Both the position numbers and the translations under genes were made by a program. Below, one piece after another: positions 10,033 to 22,559 of a stretch of 64,000 nt of DNA. Within the stretch, counting starts at the first letter, position 1, and each line of letters starts with the position of its first letter. The DNA is from Octopus sinensis (taxonomy: Eukaryota): contig NC_042997.1 in NCBI RefSeq assembly GCF_006345805.1, positions 160,518,001 through 160,582,000 of the forward strand. The letters are read 5' to 3'. The notes under the pieces are model-generated. The model had not been told where the DNA came from and searched no databases. It was given only the letters and a program-made list of their open reading frames with translations.

Positions 10033-12490
10033 GCAAATGGAAGTCTCCAGGAAAGGATAAAATTCCTAACTTCTGGCTGAATGCCTTCCCAGAGAGCCAT
10101 GAACTGCTAACAGAACTGTACAATGATGTTTTGCAACACCCTAGTAGGATGCCTCCTTGGCTAGTTAATGGGTTAACATTCCTGCTTCCAAAAAGTGAAG
10201 AAACAAATGAACCAAAAAACTATAGACCCATAACCTGCTTAACAACTATGTACAAAACACTAACATCTGTCCTGACGGAATATACCTATAGTTTTTTAAC
10301 AGAGAACAGCATATTCCCTAATGAACAGAAAGGATGTAAACGTGGATCCTACGGCTTTAAAGACCAACTACTCATCAATAAGATGATCTTAGAAGATTGT
10401 CACAAACGACACAAAACTTATCATAGCCTGGATAGACTATAAAAAGGCTTTTGATAGCCTACCACATAGCTGGATTAGGAAATGCCTGGAAATGTATAAG
10501 ATAGCACCTACTCTGCGAAACTTCTTGACTGTAAGTATGAGATCATGGAGAATCACACTAACTCTGAACAGTGACAATGAATCCCTAAATGCTGGTGATG
10601 TAAAAATTTCGTGTGGCATTTTCCAGGGTGACTCACTGTCACCACTCCTCTTTTGTTTATCCTTAATACCTCTCTCAAAGCTGCTCAATGACGCGCAGTA
10701 CGGGTATAAAATGTTTGATAAAATATAAATCATCTCGTTTACATGGATGATTTAAAGCTTTTTGATCAACAATGATCAACAAATGATCAACAAAAGGCTT
10801 ACAAGCGATAGTCAAACAATTCAGTGATGACATCAGAATGCAATTCGGCCTCGATAAATGTGCAAAGGCTACCTTTATCAAAGGAAAAATGACAGAAACA
10901 TCTAACGTTAAAATTGACCAACAGAATGTCATAAAAGAACTAGACCCAGCGGAGAGCTATAAGTACCTAGGGGTAATTGAAGGGAACGGAATAAGGCATT
11001 CAGAGATGAAGGAAAGTATCAGGAGAGAATGCTATCGAAGAGTGAGAGCAATACTCAAGACAGAGCTGAATGCAAGTATCAGGATCGAAGCGATCAATGC
11101 ATTAGCCATACCAGTCGTGACTTGCAGTTTCAATATTGTTAACTGGTCAATTACTGAAATATGTCAGCTCGACAGAAAAATAAGGAAACTGTTGACAATG
11201 CATAGAATGCACCATCCTAAGGCAGATACAGAACGACTCTATCTGCCAAGAAAAGAGGGAGGCCGTGGTCTTTTGCAACTGGCAATAACAATGAAGATTG
11301 CTACAATTGGCCTAGACACCTACCTGAAAAACTCTGAGGACTGGATGTTAAAACTTGTCTCAAAACATGAAAACAAGAAAGCATCATACTCAGTCACAAA
11401 ACAGGCAAAGGAATATCTAAGTGAATTCCGAACACCAATTTCGGAATTAGAGATAGACATACAAGAAACAAGCACAGAAAAAGCTAGGCGCATGAAAACC
11501 CGTGCCAAAACTGCGGCTTAGATATTCTGAATAATAAATGGCAAGAAAAACCTCTCTACGGCAAATACCCAAGAGAGCGAATAATGCAGATATCGACAAA
11601 GCCCTGACCCATCAATGGCTAATGGCCTCTGGCTTAAAATCTGAAACAGAGGGGTTTATCATAGCAGCTCAAGATCAATGCCTACCAACAAGAAACTACC
11701 AGGCCAACATATTAAAGAACGGCAGTAGTCCAACATGTCGTGTATGCCGACAACAAAATGAAACCATTGACCATGTTGTCTCCAAATGCAGTCTTCTAGC
11801 GCCTACAGAGTACCTCAGTAGGCATGATAGAGCTGCACAATATATTCACTGGGTAATTTGCAAAAACCTGGATTTGCCCCAAGAAAAAAACTGGTGGGAA
11901 CACAATCCACCTCCTGTGCTTGAAAATGACCACATCTCACTCCTCTGGAACTTCACCATTCAAACTGACAGGAAGATAGATGCAAATAGGCCAGACATTA
12001 TATTGAAAGACTTCAGACAAAGAACATGCCTCCTCATTGATATGACTGTCCCAATCAATATAAACGTATCTGTCACACCTACCAACCAACTGAGCAAATA
12101 TAAGATCTTGAAATAGAAATCAGCAAAATGTGGAAGCTGAAGACTAAAACAATACCTGTTGTCATAGGTGCCCTGGGAATGATAGCGAAAGGGACTGATT
12201 GCTACCTAACTCAGATACCAGGAAACCCCAAAAATGGCAGAAATTCAAAAGATAGTGCTCATGGGAACTGCTCATATCCTACACAAAATACTCTCTATGT
12301 AATCCCAAGGTTAAAACAAACTTTTTTTATTTATTTATTTTTTTTTATGTATTAGACATTCACTAGTACAACACACACAAAAAAAAACCTAAATATATGG
12401 CACAGAACTTCCAACCTGTTGTCTCTTGAGGTCTCTGGGTGAGACTTGGAGCCAACTTGTACAGACATAAAGCAAAAGTCAAACATAGAA
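10030..12490 (+). mobile_element. 5'-truncated R4/Dong-clade retrotransposon (RT + CCHC + REL), frameshifted
   Basis: KSPGKDKI, NYRPITCL, GIFQGDSLSPLLF, YMDDLKL, LYLPRKEGGRGL, NRPDIILKD..LLID; begins and ends in (AAT)n. Confidence 0.92.
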
Positions 12491-12505
12491 TAATAATAAT
12501 AATAA

Positions 12506-13995
12506 TCCCCTGGTAATTGCGCAACCTGACAATCGCTACCTCATATGAGTCACAACGAAAAATCAAAATATTGTGAATAACGCTAGTAATCAAACTAAAA
12601 CCAATGATGGTGACAGTGTTACACCCGATAGGCTCAGATTTTCTGGTCCGGCTCCAGCCTGTCGATATGCAGAAAGGGACCACTACACACGGCGTAGATG
12701 GAGCAAGCAAATTATTGCTGTGGTCATGAAGTGTTACTACCTGAGCAACCCGGTAGATGAAAATGGTGCTCAAATTAGTATGTATGATCATTGGGGAGAA
12801 AAGGGATTTTTCAACTCACGGAACAGAGACTATGTAATCAAGCTAGAGCAATACGAAAAAATTGTTGGTTCACAGAAGTAAAGCTCGAAGCTATCAAAAG
12901 ATGGGTCATGGACAATAGCAACATAGTTAAGAATGATAATACAGTTCTTACTAATAAGATTAATCTCATAGCACAGCAAAGGAGCAGTGGTAGTTTTCTT
13001 GATGAGAGACATATAGATGATCTAAAAGAGACGATAAAACTAATAGTGACAGGACTGATGAACAAAAGGCAATCTACTACCCGAATAAAGCTAAGACTCC
13101 AGGAGAATGATAGCGACATTATTTGCAACCTTAAAATGGTTGATCAATGGAAATGGAACAAAGAAACGAAAAATGTCAATGAAATTCTGAAATACATCAG
13201 AACAAACAACATCACAGAAGTAAATAATTTGATCAAGGCAGCAAGTGTTGTTGTAGCAGAAAATATGGGTGTCGATGTCAAGAAAAAGAAACAAATGGGA
13301 GTGACAAAAGAAAAGATCCATGGTGCAAAAGAAGTATCCAGGAAGGGTTAGATATGCTCGCGAAGGAAATCTCTGTGTTAGACCGAAAAGAGAAAGGGGA
13401 GTATAAAAGCAAACAAAAATACAGGGCGCTGAAAAGGGAGTATAATATAAAAAGAAAAGTAATGGAGGAACTGAAACAGCGCCTCATTGCAAAGAAAGCT
13501 AAGACGGTAAAATACGAACAAAAAATGAAAGGTTACCACCAGAATAGGTTATTCAGAGTAGATCAGAACAGATTCTATAAAGAAATAAATGGAGGGTGTG
13601 CAGATGAAAAGTTGATATCAGATAACACTGAAAGGCAAATTTTGGAGTGACATGTGGAGCAAAGACAAGGGGGACAAGAAGGATGCTGAATGGTTACAAG
13701 ATCTAAAACAAACAGCAGTCTGTCCAAAACAAGCAGAACTAGTCATTTCATTTAGGGAAGTGAAGGAAATCAGCAAAAAATGAGCAATTGGAAGGCCCCG
13801 GGACTAGATGGAGTTCAAGGCTACTGGATCTAAAGATTTGGTGAATGTCATGCACGAATAGCTGTGCAACTCAAGACCTTGTTAAATGCCGACCAAGCAA
13901 CACCGTAGTGTAGACAATTATAGGTCGATATCCTGTTTGCCACTTATGTAGAAATTATTGATTGGAATACTCGCAGAGTCAATGTAAGGACATCT
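12506..13995 (+). mobile_element. 5' half of a second R4/Dong family (N-terminal domain to start of RT)
   Basis: RRRWSKQ..VMKCYYLS, LTEQRLCNQARAIRKN, KAPGLDGVQGYW; starts directly after (AAT)n; homolog at 54880-55730 on the minus strand. Confidence 0.8.
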
Positions 13996-14196
13996 AGAAA
14001 AATTTGAAACGTTTATATAAATTTAAGATTAAAATGCTTCAAGTTGTATAAAAATAGTTATTATCTGCATCATTCCAAAGAGAAATAAATTCTGCATAAG
14101 GTGTAAAAGATAAAAATAATTTGTATGGTGATAGTAACAAAATATTTTGTAAAAATAGAACTTTTATCATCGGTCATAAACATTTCGCCAGCGTAT

Positions 14197-14312
<116 letters not shown>

Positions 14313-14703
14313 CTAGCAGTATCGCCGGCGTTGCTCTCGGGTTTGTAAGGGAAATAATTATATAAGCATTTTTAGAGATGTAAAGTATAATAGCCATCTC
14401 AATATGGCTAACCACAAAGGGGGAGGGGTGTTACTGTAGCTTTTTACGTTCTGAGATTTAATAATAATTTTAGAGAGTTACTTCCCTTATATATGTCAAA
14501 AATGGATTAAAAATGGGAAAAATTGATGTTAAATTTTTTTTTAAATCGTAGACTCATCGTAGACGCGCGCTAATACCCAGACGGTCTCGATATGAATCAC
14601 GACTATAAGATACACGGTTTTGGTTAAACTGCACCGCAAAATGTGGGAGTAGTTAGGAATCTAACGTAGGAGACAGACACACAACCTCACTTTTTATATA
14701 AAG
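14313..14703 (+). mobile_element. Helitron-like non-autonomous element
   Basis: Starts CTAGCAGTATCGCCGGCGTTGCTCTCGGG and ends ...GACAGACACACAACCTCACTTTTTATATA; family assignment is by resemblance only. Confidence 0.45.
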
Positions 14704-14867
14704 ATTTCCTCTATTTACATAATATTGAGGTCTCTTTCTTTCTTTTGTTATCTTACTGTTTTTACCAATATACATATATATATATATATATAATATATAT
14801 ATATAGTTACAGAGATGTACTTGCATAGCAAGTGACTTGATCTGAGATCGTGTGCTGGAACGAAAAC

Positions 14868-15128
14868 ATTGCAGCGTTGAAGGTGTTTATAAGCCATTTA
14901 AGAAACACACAAAAACCGTTAGATTCACTTCAACATTTAAATTTAATTGTCAAAGTATTTTCATCGCTTTGAGACCGCGACCTGTTAGCACGATATTTTT
15001 GTCAGTGAACAGGTCGCGGTCTCAAAGCGACGAAAATATTTTGGCAAATTAAATTTAAATGTTGAAGTGAATGTAACGGTTTTTTGTGTGTTTCTTAAAT
15101 GACTTAGAAACACCTTCCACGCTGCAAT
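14868..15128. repeat. ~120-bp inverted repeat with 21-nt spacer; right arm overlaps a hammerhead-like fold (14998-15048)
   Basis: Arms 14868-14986 and 15008-15128; the same sequence occurs as a single arm at 8429-8560. Confidence 0.85.
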
Positions 15129-15210
15129 ATATATATACACACATATATATATATGTATGTATGTATGTGTGTATATGTGTATGCATGTATGTGTGTGTGT
15201 GTGCGTGTCT

Positions 15211-15422
15211 GTGCTTGTGATTGTCCTCCACCACTGCTTGACAACGAATGTTGGTTTGTTTACATCCCTGTCACCTAGTGGTTTGACAAAGGAAACAGAT
15301 AGAAAAGTACAATGCTTACAAAAATAAAAGTGGAGTTGATTCATTAAACTACAATTCTTCAAGGCATTGCCCCAGCATGGCCACAGACCAATGGCTGGAA
15401 AAAGCAGAAGAATAAAAGAATA
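15211..15422 (+). mobile_element. SINE 3' portion
   Basis: Typical body ending CCCCAGCATGGCCACAG...AGAATAAAAGAATA; related to 8262-8420. Confidence 0.6.
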
Positions 15423-15485
15423 CATTCTCTGCTTTGTCTTATGTTCAAGGCATGAGAAAGCTTGAGTTTACATGAGAAGGCCTAA

Positions 15486-15858
15486 CAGACCTGGTAGAAA
15501 CAGCAGCCAAATCTCCTCAAATCACACCTTACTGTCTTATGCATGTATATATATATGAGCCAATGAGGGGGACCTCTACATGGTAGCTAGACCTGGTAGA
15601 AATGCAGCAGCCATTTCCCCAATCACACTTACTGTCTTATCTATGTATATATGTATGTATGAGCCTATGAGGAGACCCCTACATGGCAGCTAGACCTGGT
15701 AGAAATAGCAGCCAAATTTCCCCCAAATCATACCTTACTGTCTTATCTATGTATATATGTATGTATGAGCCTATGAGGGAGACCCCTACATGGCAGCTAG
15801 ACATGGTAGAAATAGCAGCCAAATCTCCCTCAAATCACACCTTACTGTCTTATCTTTC
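15486..15858. repeat. ~105-bp minisatellite, about 3.6 units
   Basis: Repeating CTAGACCTGGTAGAAATAGCAGCCAAAT...CTACATGGCAG. Confidence 0.9.
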
Positions 15859-16329
15859 TGCTACTTGGATATAGGTGTTATATTCGTCGTAAAAAACTTT
15901 CCTGTCACACATTCACGCACACGCACGCACACACACACGCGCACACCCACACACACCCACTCACACACACGCACGTTAGCTTACAATTTTATTTATATAT
16001 TTGCGTGTCTATGTGTGGAAAGAGGAAGTGGGAGGCAGAGTGAAAGAATCACTCACTACAGTAAGTCAATTACTTTCATTTTATTCGTTGCCCACTGTGT
16101 GTGTGCGTTTGCGTGTGGTGTAAACCAGACTAAGAAAAGCATTTGACACACACCAGAATGTGAGTTTTCTGTAAATTTTGCTTAATTGGAGTTTAAATTT
16201 AAAAAACTGGACCTGGCATGACGCGATGCATTGTACTCTTAAAAATGCTAGGTAAATTGTAATTGAAGAAATCCTATATTGTAGATTTGTATAACTCCCA
16301 AAGGGAGGCAGATAAAATCTGCCTTTTAT

Positions 16330-16370
<41 letters not shown>

Positions 16371-16418
16371 TATATTAATATATATTATATATAAAGAGAG
16401 AGAGAGAGAGAGAGAAAG

Positions 16419-16474
<56 letters not shown>

Positions 16475-16548
16475 TAGCGTTTATTGTCAATGTCTTCCTA
16501 AGAAAATGTGTTGCTCTTTGAAAATTTCTTAAATATATTTTTGCCTGC

Positions 16549-16608
<60 letters not shown>

Positions 16609-16759
16609 TCAAAATAAGCAACAAGAATGACTCCGGTAATTTGGTACGATCGTTCACTACTACATCATTTTATTAAATCCACATCTTTGTCTATGTATCT
16701 ACCTTCTCTATAATATTGCCACTTGATATGAACATTTTTGTATTAATGGTAAACCTCTA

Positions 16760-16852
16760 TAATTGGCTGATGAGTACTCAGCATTTTAAAACTGTTGTAA
16801 TACTTACAACATTTAATAAAATGATATAGTACGAAACGATCGTACCAAATTA
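16760..16852 (+). ncRNA. Type I hammerhead ribozyme, copy 1
   Basis: TAATTGG-CTGATGA-GTAC[51-nt extended hairpin]GTAC-GAA-ACGATCGT-A|CCAAATTA; canonical core, GUA triplet, predicted cleavage after 16844. Confidence 0.8.
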
Positions 16853-16983
16853 CCGGAGTCATTCTTGTTTCTTATTTTGATTATAATCACCCCACGGATT
16901 TTTATGGATAACACCATACAGAATTCTGGTGTGCATCTAAATTAAGTACCATATTCATTTGAATCTAAATTTTTGCTGAACTG

Positions 16984-17037
<54 letters not shown>

Positions 17038-17210
17038 TATATATATAATATATATATACTCAAAATAAGCAACAAGAATGACTCCGGTAATTTGGTACGA
17101 TCGTTTCATACTACATCATTTTATTAAATCCACATCTTTGTCTATGTATCTACCTTCTCTATAATATTGCCACTTGATATGAACATTTTTGTATTAATGG
17201 TAAACCTCTA

Positions 17211-17303
17211 TAATTGGCTGATGAGTACTCAGCATTTTAAAACTGTTGTAATACTTACAACATTTAATAAAATGATATAGTACGAAACGATCGTACCAAA
17301 TTA
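17211..17303 (+). ncRNA. Type I hammerhead ribozyme, copy 2
   Basis: Same sequence as copy 1; predicted cleavage after 17295. Confidence 0.8.
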
Positions 17304-17451
17304 CCGGAGTCATTCTTGTTTCTTATTTTGATTATAATCACCCCACGGATTTTTATGGATAACACCATACAGAATTTGGTGTGCATCTAAATTAAGTACC
17401 ATATTCATTTGAATCTAAATTTTTGCTGAACTGATATATATAATATATATA

Positions 17452-17500
<49 letters not shown>

Positions 17501-17517
17501 GAAATAGATAGATAGAT

Positions 17518-17551
<34 letters not shown>

Positions 17552-17556
17552 AATAG

Positions 17557-17682
<126 letters not shown>

Positions 17683-17937
17683 TAGCATTTATTGTCAATG
17701 TCTTCCAAAGAAAATGTGTTGCCCTTTGAAAATTTCTTAAGTAATTATTTCTTCTAGATTTTCTTCTGCTTGTTATACCTAAAATTTCCAAAAGAATGTT
17801 GTAACAAAGGAAATATTTTGTTATAACTCTTATTGCTCTACATTGTTTGAGATTTTACGCGATTTAATTTTAGTTTCATCAATGTTTAAGTATTATGGAA
17901 CATCTTTTAGACCATATCTTTTTCAATAAAGTTGACA

Positions 17938-18150
17938 AGCCGGCGAGCTGGCAGAAACGTTAGCACGCCGGGCGAAATGCTTAGATATATTTCGTCGCTC
18001 TTTATTTTCAGAGTTCAAATTCCGCCGAGATCGACTTTGCCTTTCATCCATTTAGGGTCGATAAATTAAGTAACACTTGCGTACTGGGGTCAATCTAATC
18101 GACTGGCCCCCTCTGTCGAATTTTGGGATTTGTACCTAGAGTAGAGAAGA
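17938..18150 (+). mobile_element. tRNA-derived SINE (same family as 6792-7024)
   Basis: Same head and GTCGACTTTGCCTTTCATCC-like core. Confidence 0.85.
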
Positions 18151-20414
18151 ATATTAAAATGTGACAGTTGTGTAATTTCGATTTGGGACTTCGCCTTACC
18201 TTGCAACAGACAAATTGATGACAATGTGAATATTGGTCAGCTCAAAAACCCTTCATTAGTAAATAATTTGAACCACATTTTTTAATATTTATGATGAGCA
18301 TAAAAACGTTGAACACGTTAATATATTTCTTTACCGTTGCTGAAATTGTCTTGCTACTAGGATCGAGGAATGAATTTCTGTATCTAGTTTACTGACGTAA
18401 ATAACAAGACATCAATTTAAATATATATATACGATAGGATATAATTCATTCAAGAGTTCGTAATTATGTCTAACATAGGCACAAAACTTAAAATTTGAGG
18501 CGGGTGACTTGTTGTCTGTTTCACTAATGCCGAGGAATATAAGGTAAAGTTGATCTCAGAGGGATATAAAATAAGAATGTAAATAGCCGGAACAAACACC
18601 GCGAGGCATTTTCAAAATTCTAATGTTTCTGTCTATCGGAAAAATTGGCAGAGGAAATCATATGTGAATATGTGTGAAGTTTTCTTCTCTAGTTTCAGTG
18701 AAGCAACAAATAATATTACACATTATTATTTGTAATCTACTTGATGATGTTCCCTAACTCTCCTAAATATCTTTAAATAAATAAAATTAATATTATAACT
18801 CAATATTCTATGAAACTATCAAAACAGAAAAAAAAAATAATTAGAAATATAATTATAGCAGTAAATCGTAGTTGTTTGATAACATTTATATTCCACTTAA
18901 GTCATGAGCAACTGGACTTTCCTTTCCCTGGCCCTTCAGTATGTGATCTTGTACCTAAATATTATCAAATACAATGCTTTTCGAGACATCAATGTTGTTC
19001 GGCTGGCAAGAAATAACATTTGGATTATCTTTATGCGACATCTACAGTCACAAAAAGTTCACATAGGTCCTCGTCTAGATGATGATGAACTAAAGGATGG
19101 ATGGTGTCGTGAATATATCTTTCATATTAAGTTATCTCATTGTTCAGGACAAGCCCAAGTAACAATTACCACTGCCGCAGCTGCTTCTACTACTACTACT
19201 ACAACTACTATTACTACTACTACATTAATAAATTTCTAAAGCTCTCGCTCTCCCTGAAGCACCATGACCGAGCTGATAATCAAGAGAGGTATTCAAAGTC
19301 ATTCCCATGTACACATAGAGGAACGTGTGTCTCAAGTCTTGGGGCCGTTTTCAGTTCGCGGGGGAAGCAGAGGGCGCTATTTTGAGTAAACGTTTATCTG
19401 CTAGCCATAAGCTAGTTTATATATTTTTTTTAAAATGTTTTTAAAATTTTATTTTTCGAAGGGAATTTATATTCTCCTTTCATTTTATGCAAACCGTCAA
19501 ATTTAATTTGAACACTCTGTCAGATTTCTGATTTTTATTCAAAGATTTGAGGAGCAAAATTCAATTAAATCGGCAGTAGGGAGGAGGAAAATCTAAGTCC
19601 AACGTGAGTTCAAATAAAATCCTGTCGGCAAAATCTGAACTGTAGTTTACAGCTAAAATGATTTGTTGTTAACCAGTATTTTTCTATTTCGATTTGCAAA
19701 TTACCATATTTTCTATTCATTACTTATGATAATAATAATAAATTTTTGTTTCAGTAAAATTGCAGTTCAATCATTGAAATCAGTATACATGAATGTTCGG
19801 ATTGCTAATTTTATTTTACCCGTAACAGGTCTATTTGCATTAGAAGCGTGGAAATGTGTTTATGAATATAGAAACTACATTGTGGGGATTGCTTTAGCCA
19901 GTCATGCCGATTTTCAAACTTTTTTCAATCTAAGGCACACTGAATTACGGTTCTAAGAACTAAGGGTCGATACGATAGTCCATTAAAATTTCAAGTCTTA
20001 CATACGTATGTTTGCATGTATAAGTATTGCTTTTAAAAAAGAGGTAGAGACGTGCATTTCATTTCACCACGTTTCAAAATCTTTAGCATTTCTTTATTAC
20101 CACTCCCTGCCCAAAGAAATAAACATGGGGCACACTAGCGAATTATATACAGGTTTTAAGTGTGCTGCAGCTCAGTGTGCGATAATATCTACACTGAGTG
20201 AATATTTGCCGGTGTTCGAACCGTGTAATATAGTCCAGAATGCATTGTGTCGGCAAAAATAAGGCAGAGTGTCATGATTGATCACGGTTATGCTGGGGCT
20301 TAACAACTACAATAACGAGAGTAACAAAAAGATACTATAATCGTCAAACATACATCAAATTATACGTTTTTACATGCTGATACTTTTTCTGTATGTTTTA
20401 CGTTTGTTTTCCAG

Positions 20415-20647
20415 GAAGCTGGCCAGACGAACGTTTCTGGATTGGATTATGTAGAGATATTGCTAAGGGCGTCTTTGTATGGCAGAATGGAGAAGAACCC
20501 TCATTTCATTTCTGGATGGAGGGAAGACCTGATAACTATAACGACAATGAGTACTGTGGACTGCTAGACCAAAGAGCTGATCACAGATGGAATGATTATA
20601 TTTGTGACACAACGTATAGATATATATGCGGTATAGTCGTGCGTTAA
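20415..20647 (+). CDS. Lectin gene copy A, exon 3: C-terminal half of C-type lectin domain with stop codon
   Basis: TTTTCCAG acceptor ending at 20414; joins exon 2 in frame (A+GA=Arg); FWIGL, RPDN, EYCG, WND and C...RYIC motifs; TAA at 20645-20647. Confidence 0.9.
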
Positions 20648-20697
20648 ACGTGTCGCTGAAAGCACCATAATTATACGCGCACACATACATACACACA

Positions 20698-20756
<59 letters not shown>

Positions 20757-20758
<2 letters not shown>

Positions 20759-20920
20759 GACGGGCTTCTTTCAGTTTCTGTCTATGAAATCCACTCACAA
20801 AGTTATGGTCACCCGAGGATATAGTAGAAGACACTGGCCCAAGGTGTCATGTAGCAGGACTAATCTCGGAGCCATGTGGTTGGGAAGCAAGCTTCTTACC
20901 ACACAGCCACGCCTGCGCCT
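20757..20920 (-). mobile_element. tRNA-derived SINE, second family
   Basis: Minus strand begins GGCGCAGGCGTGGCTGTGTGGTAAGAAGCTTGC (A-box-like), followed by a CCTTGGGCCAGTGTCTT core. Confidence 0.7.
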
Positions 20921-21879
20921 ATATATACATAATAGGTAGATAGATACACAGTATATAATATATATACAATCACACACACACACGCACGCACACGCACACG
21001 CACACACACACACACACATATACACACATACACACACACACCAGCTGAGTATCCTGACGTTGCTGGGTAATTTTCACAAAAAATGTCTTTCGGAATTGCA
21101 CACCCAAATAAGTTGAATTTTCGAATCGTTTTTTTTTTTATCGAAACACCCTTGAAAAATGATGAAGGAAAACTTTTTATGAAAAAACACATTTTGAAAT
21201 TTTATTCATCATTGTGTCTTTTCCTTTTCACTACGCGCTCTATAGGAAATGTCTTTGCTTTGGCCATTATTTTTCTTTTCTGCACTCTCCATTTAAAATA
21301 GATGGGAGGAGTCTTGAACGTTCAATACAAATTTTGGTATCAACGATTGCCATTAAAATTCCCACTTTCTTTATTTTCAAAACGAAAATGAAATGTAATT
21401 TTTTAAAAATAATAATTTTTTTTCATTAACTTTGCCCATAAACCCTAGAATTTCGGCTATTTTTGAAAATGTTATCATAATTTTCAGATACAGCCAGTCT
21501 GGATCTGAAATTTGTTTCTGTTTATAATTTCAAAATATTTTTCAGACGAAAAGATATGTGAGTTAAGGGAGATTTAGCTGTTGTTTTAGCACATCCCATG
21601 ACAATCTGGTACCTTCTGCGTTTATTTACTGCGTGAATTAGTGTTTTTTTTTTATATTTTACTCCCAATGAAAACATTTTATGCAATGATGCCACGGTGG
21701 TTCATTACTGCGATTTAAGCAAGAATAAAAAAATTAATTTCTAATCCCCCATCCCGCACTAAGTGAGTGTGTGTGTGTATGTGTGGTTGTATCTCTGTGT
21801 GTGTCTGTCTGTATGTGTGTGTGTGTATGTGCGTGCGTATGTGCGTAGGTGCGTGCCTGTGTATGTAAAAGCACATTTA

Positions 21880-22500
21880 CTAAAAGCAAAGTGTGCTATT
21901 AAGATAAATTACCTTTTACATACCTTTTTTTAGATCACTTCTTCGCCTTAATAACATTTGTACACATATGCACGCACTCACACTTACAAATAGACACACT
22001 CAGCGTGGGCTATATGCTTTTATAGAGAGTGAGAGATAGAGTGTGGTAAATATATTGAGAGAGGGTGGACGTTTACCATGAGAAACACGAAAAACGAAAA
22101 ACATAGATAGAGAAATCCTTTCTGATGTTGTCACTGATTTTAAAGTTTTAAATTAAGTGAAATTTGGTATGTTGAAGTACGTTTGCACGTTGAATCAAAG
22201 TTTGTGATTAATTTATCCTGGAAAACGTTAGTAAAATGTTTCAGAGGTTTGAAGTTTGCTTATTACGCACGAACCCTTTGACTGAGTAAAACTCAATCAG
22301 GGCGTTCGTGCGTAACAGCTGTCCTAAAATGAAAGTAAACATTAGACGTTCTAATGAAAATGAAAGCAATACGTGAGATAATACATATACAGAGGGAGTG
22401 ATAAAGAGTGTGGTAACTAAAAGAGAGAAATATATTGAAGGTGAGAGACAGAAAAGGTATGTTAACGGTAATTTATCTTAATAGCACACTTTGCTGTTAG
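21880..22500. mobile_element. MITE with ~48-bp TIRs and TA TSD
   Basis: TIRs 21880-21927 and 22452-22500; TA at 21878-21879 and 22501-22502; internal hairpin 22263-22315. Confidence 0.75.
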
Positions 22501-22559
22501 TAGAGTTGTCGGTCTAAATATTTAGTTAGTTGTAGTGATATATATATATAAGGAGAGAT

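Larger units (their letters stand above)
16608..17434 (+). mobile_element. Tandem pair of ~377-bp hammerhead-bearing units (16608-16984, 17059-17434), Penelope/retrozyme-like
   Basis: Near-identical units 451 bp apart, separated and flanked by (TA)n; each has a ~70-bp inverted arm and one hammerhead. Confidence 0.8.

Noticed and set aside
15486-15858. CRISPR-like array
   Set aside because: Whole units repeat with no unique spacers, the context is eukaryotic and there are no cas genes.
18904-19239. Possible extra exon in intron 2 of copy A
   Set aside because: Exon 2 joins exon 3 in frame to give a complete lectin domain; this ORF has no lectin motif and ends in a microsatellite.
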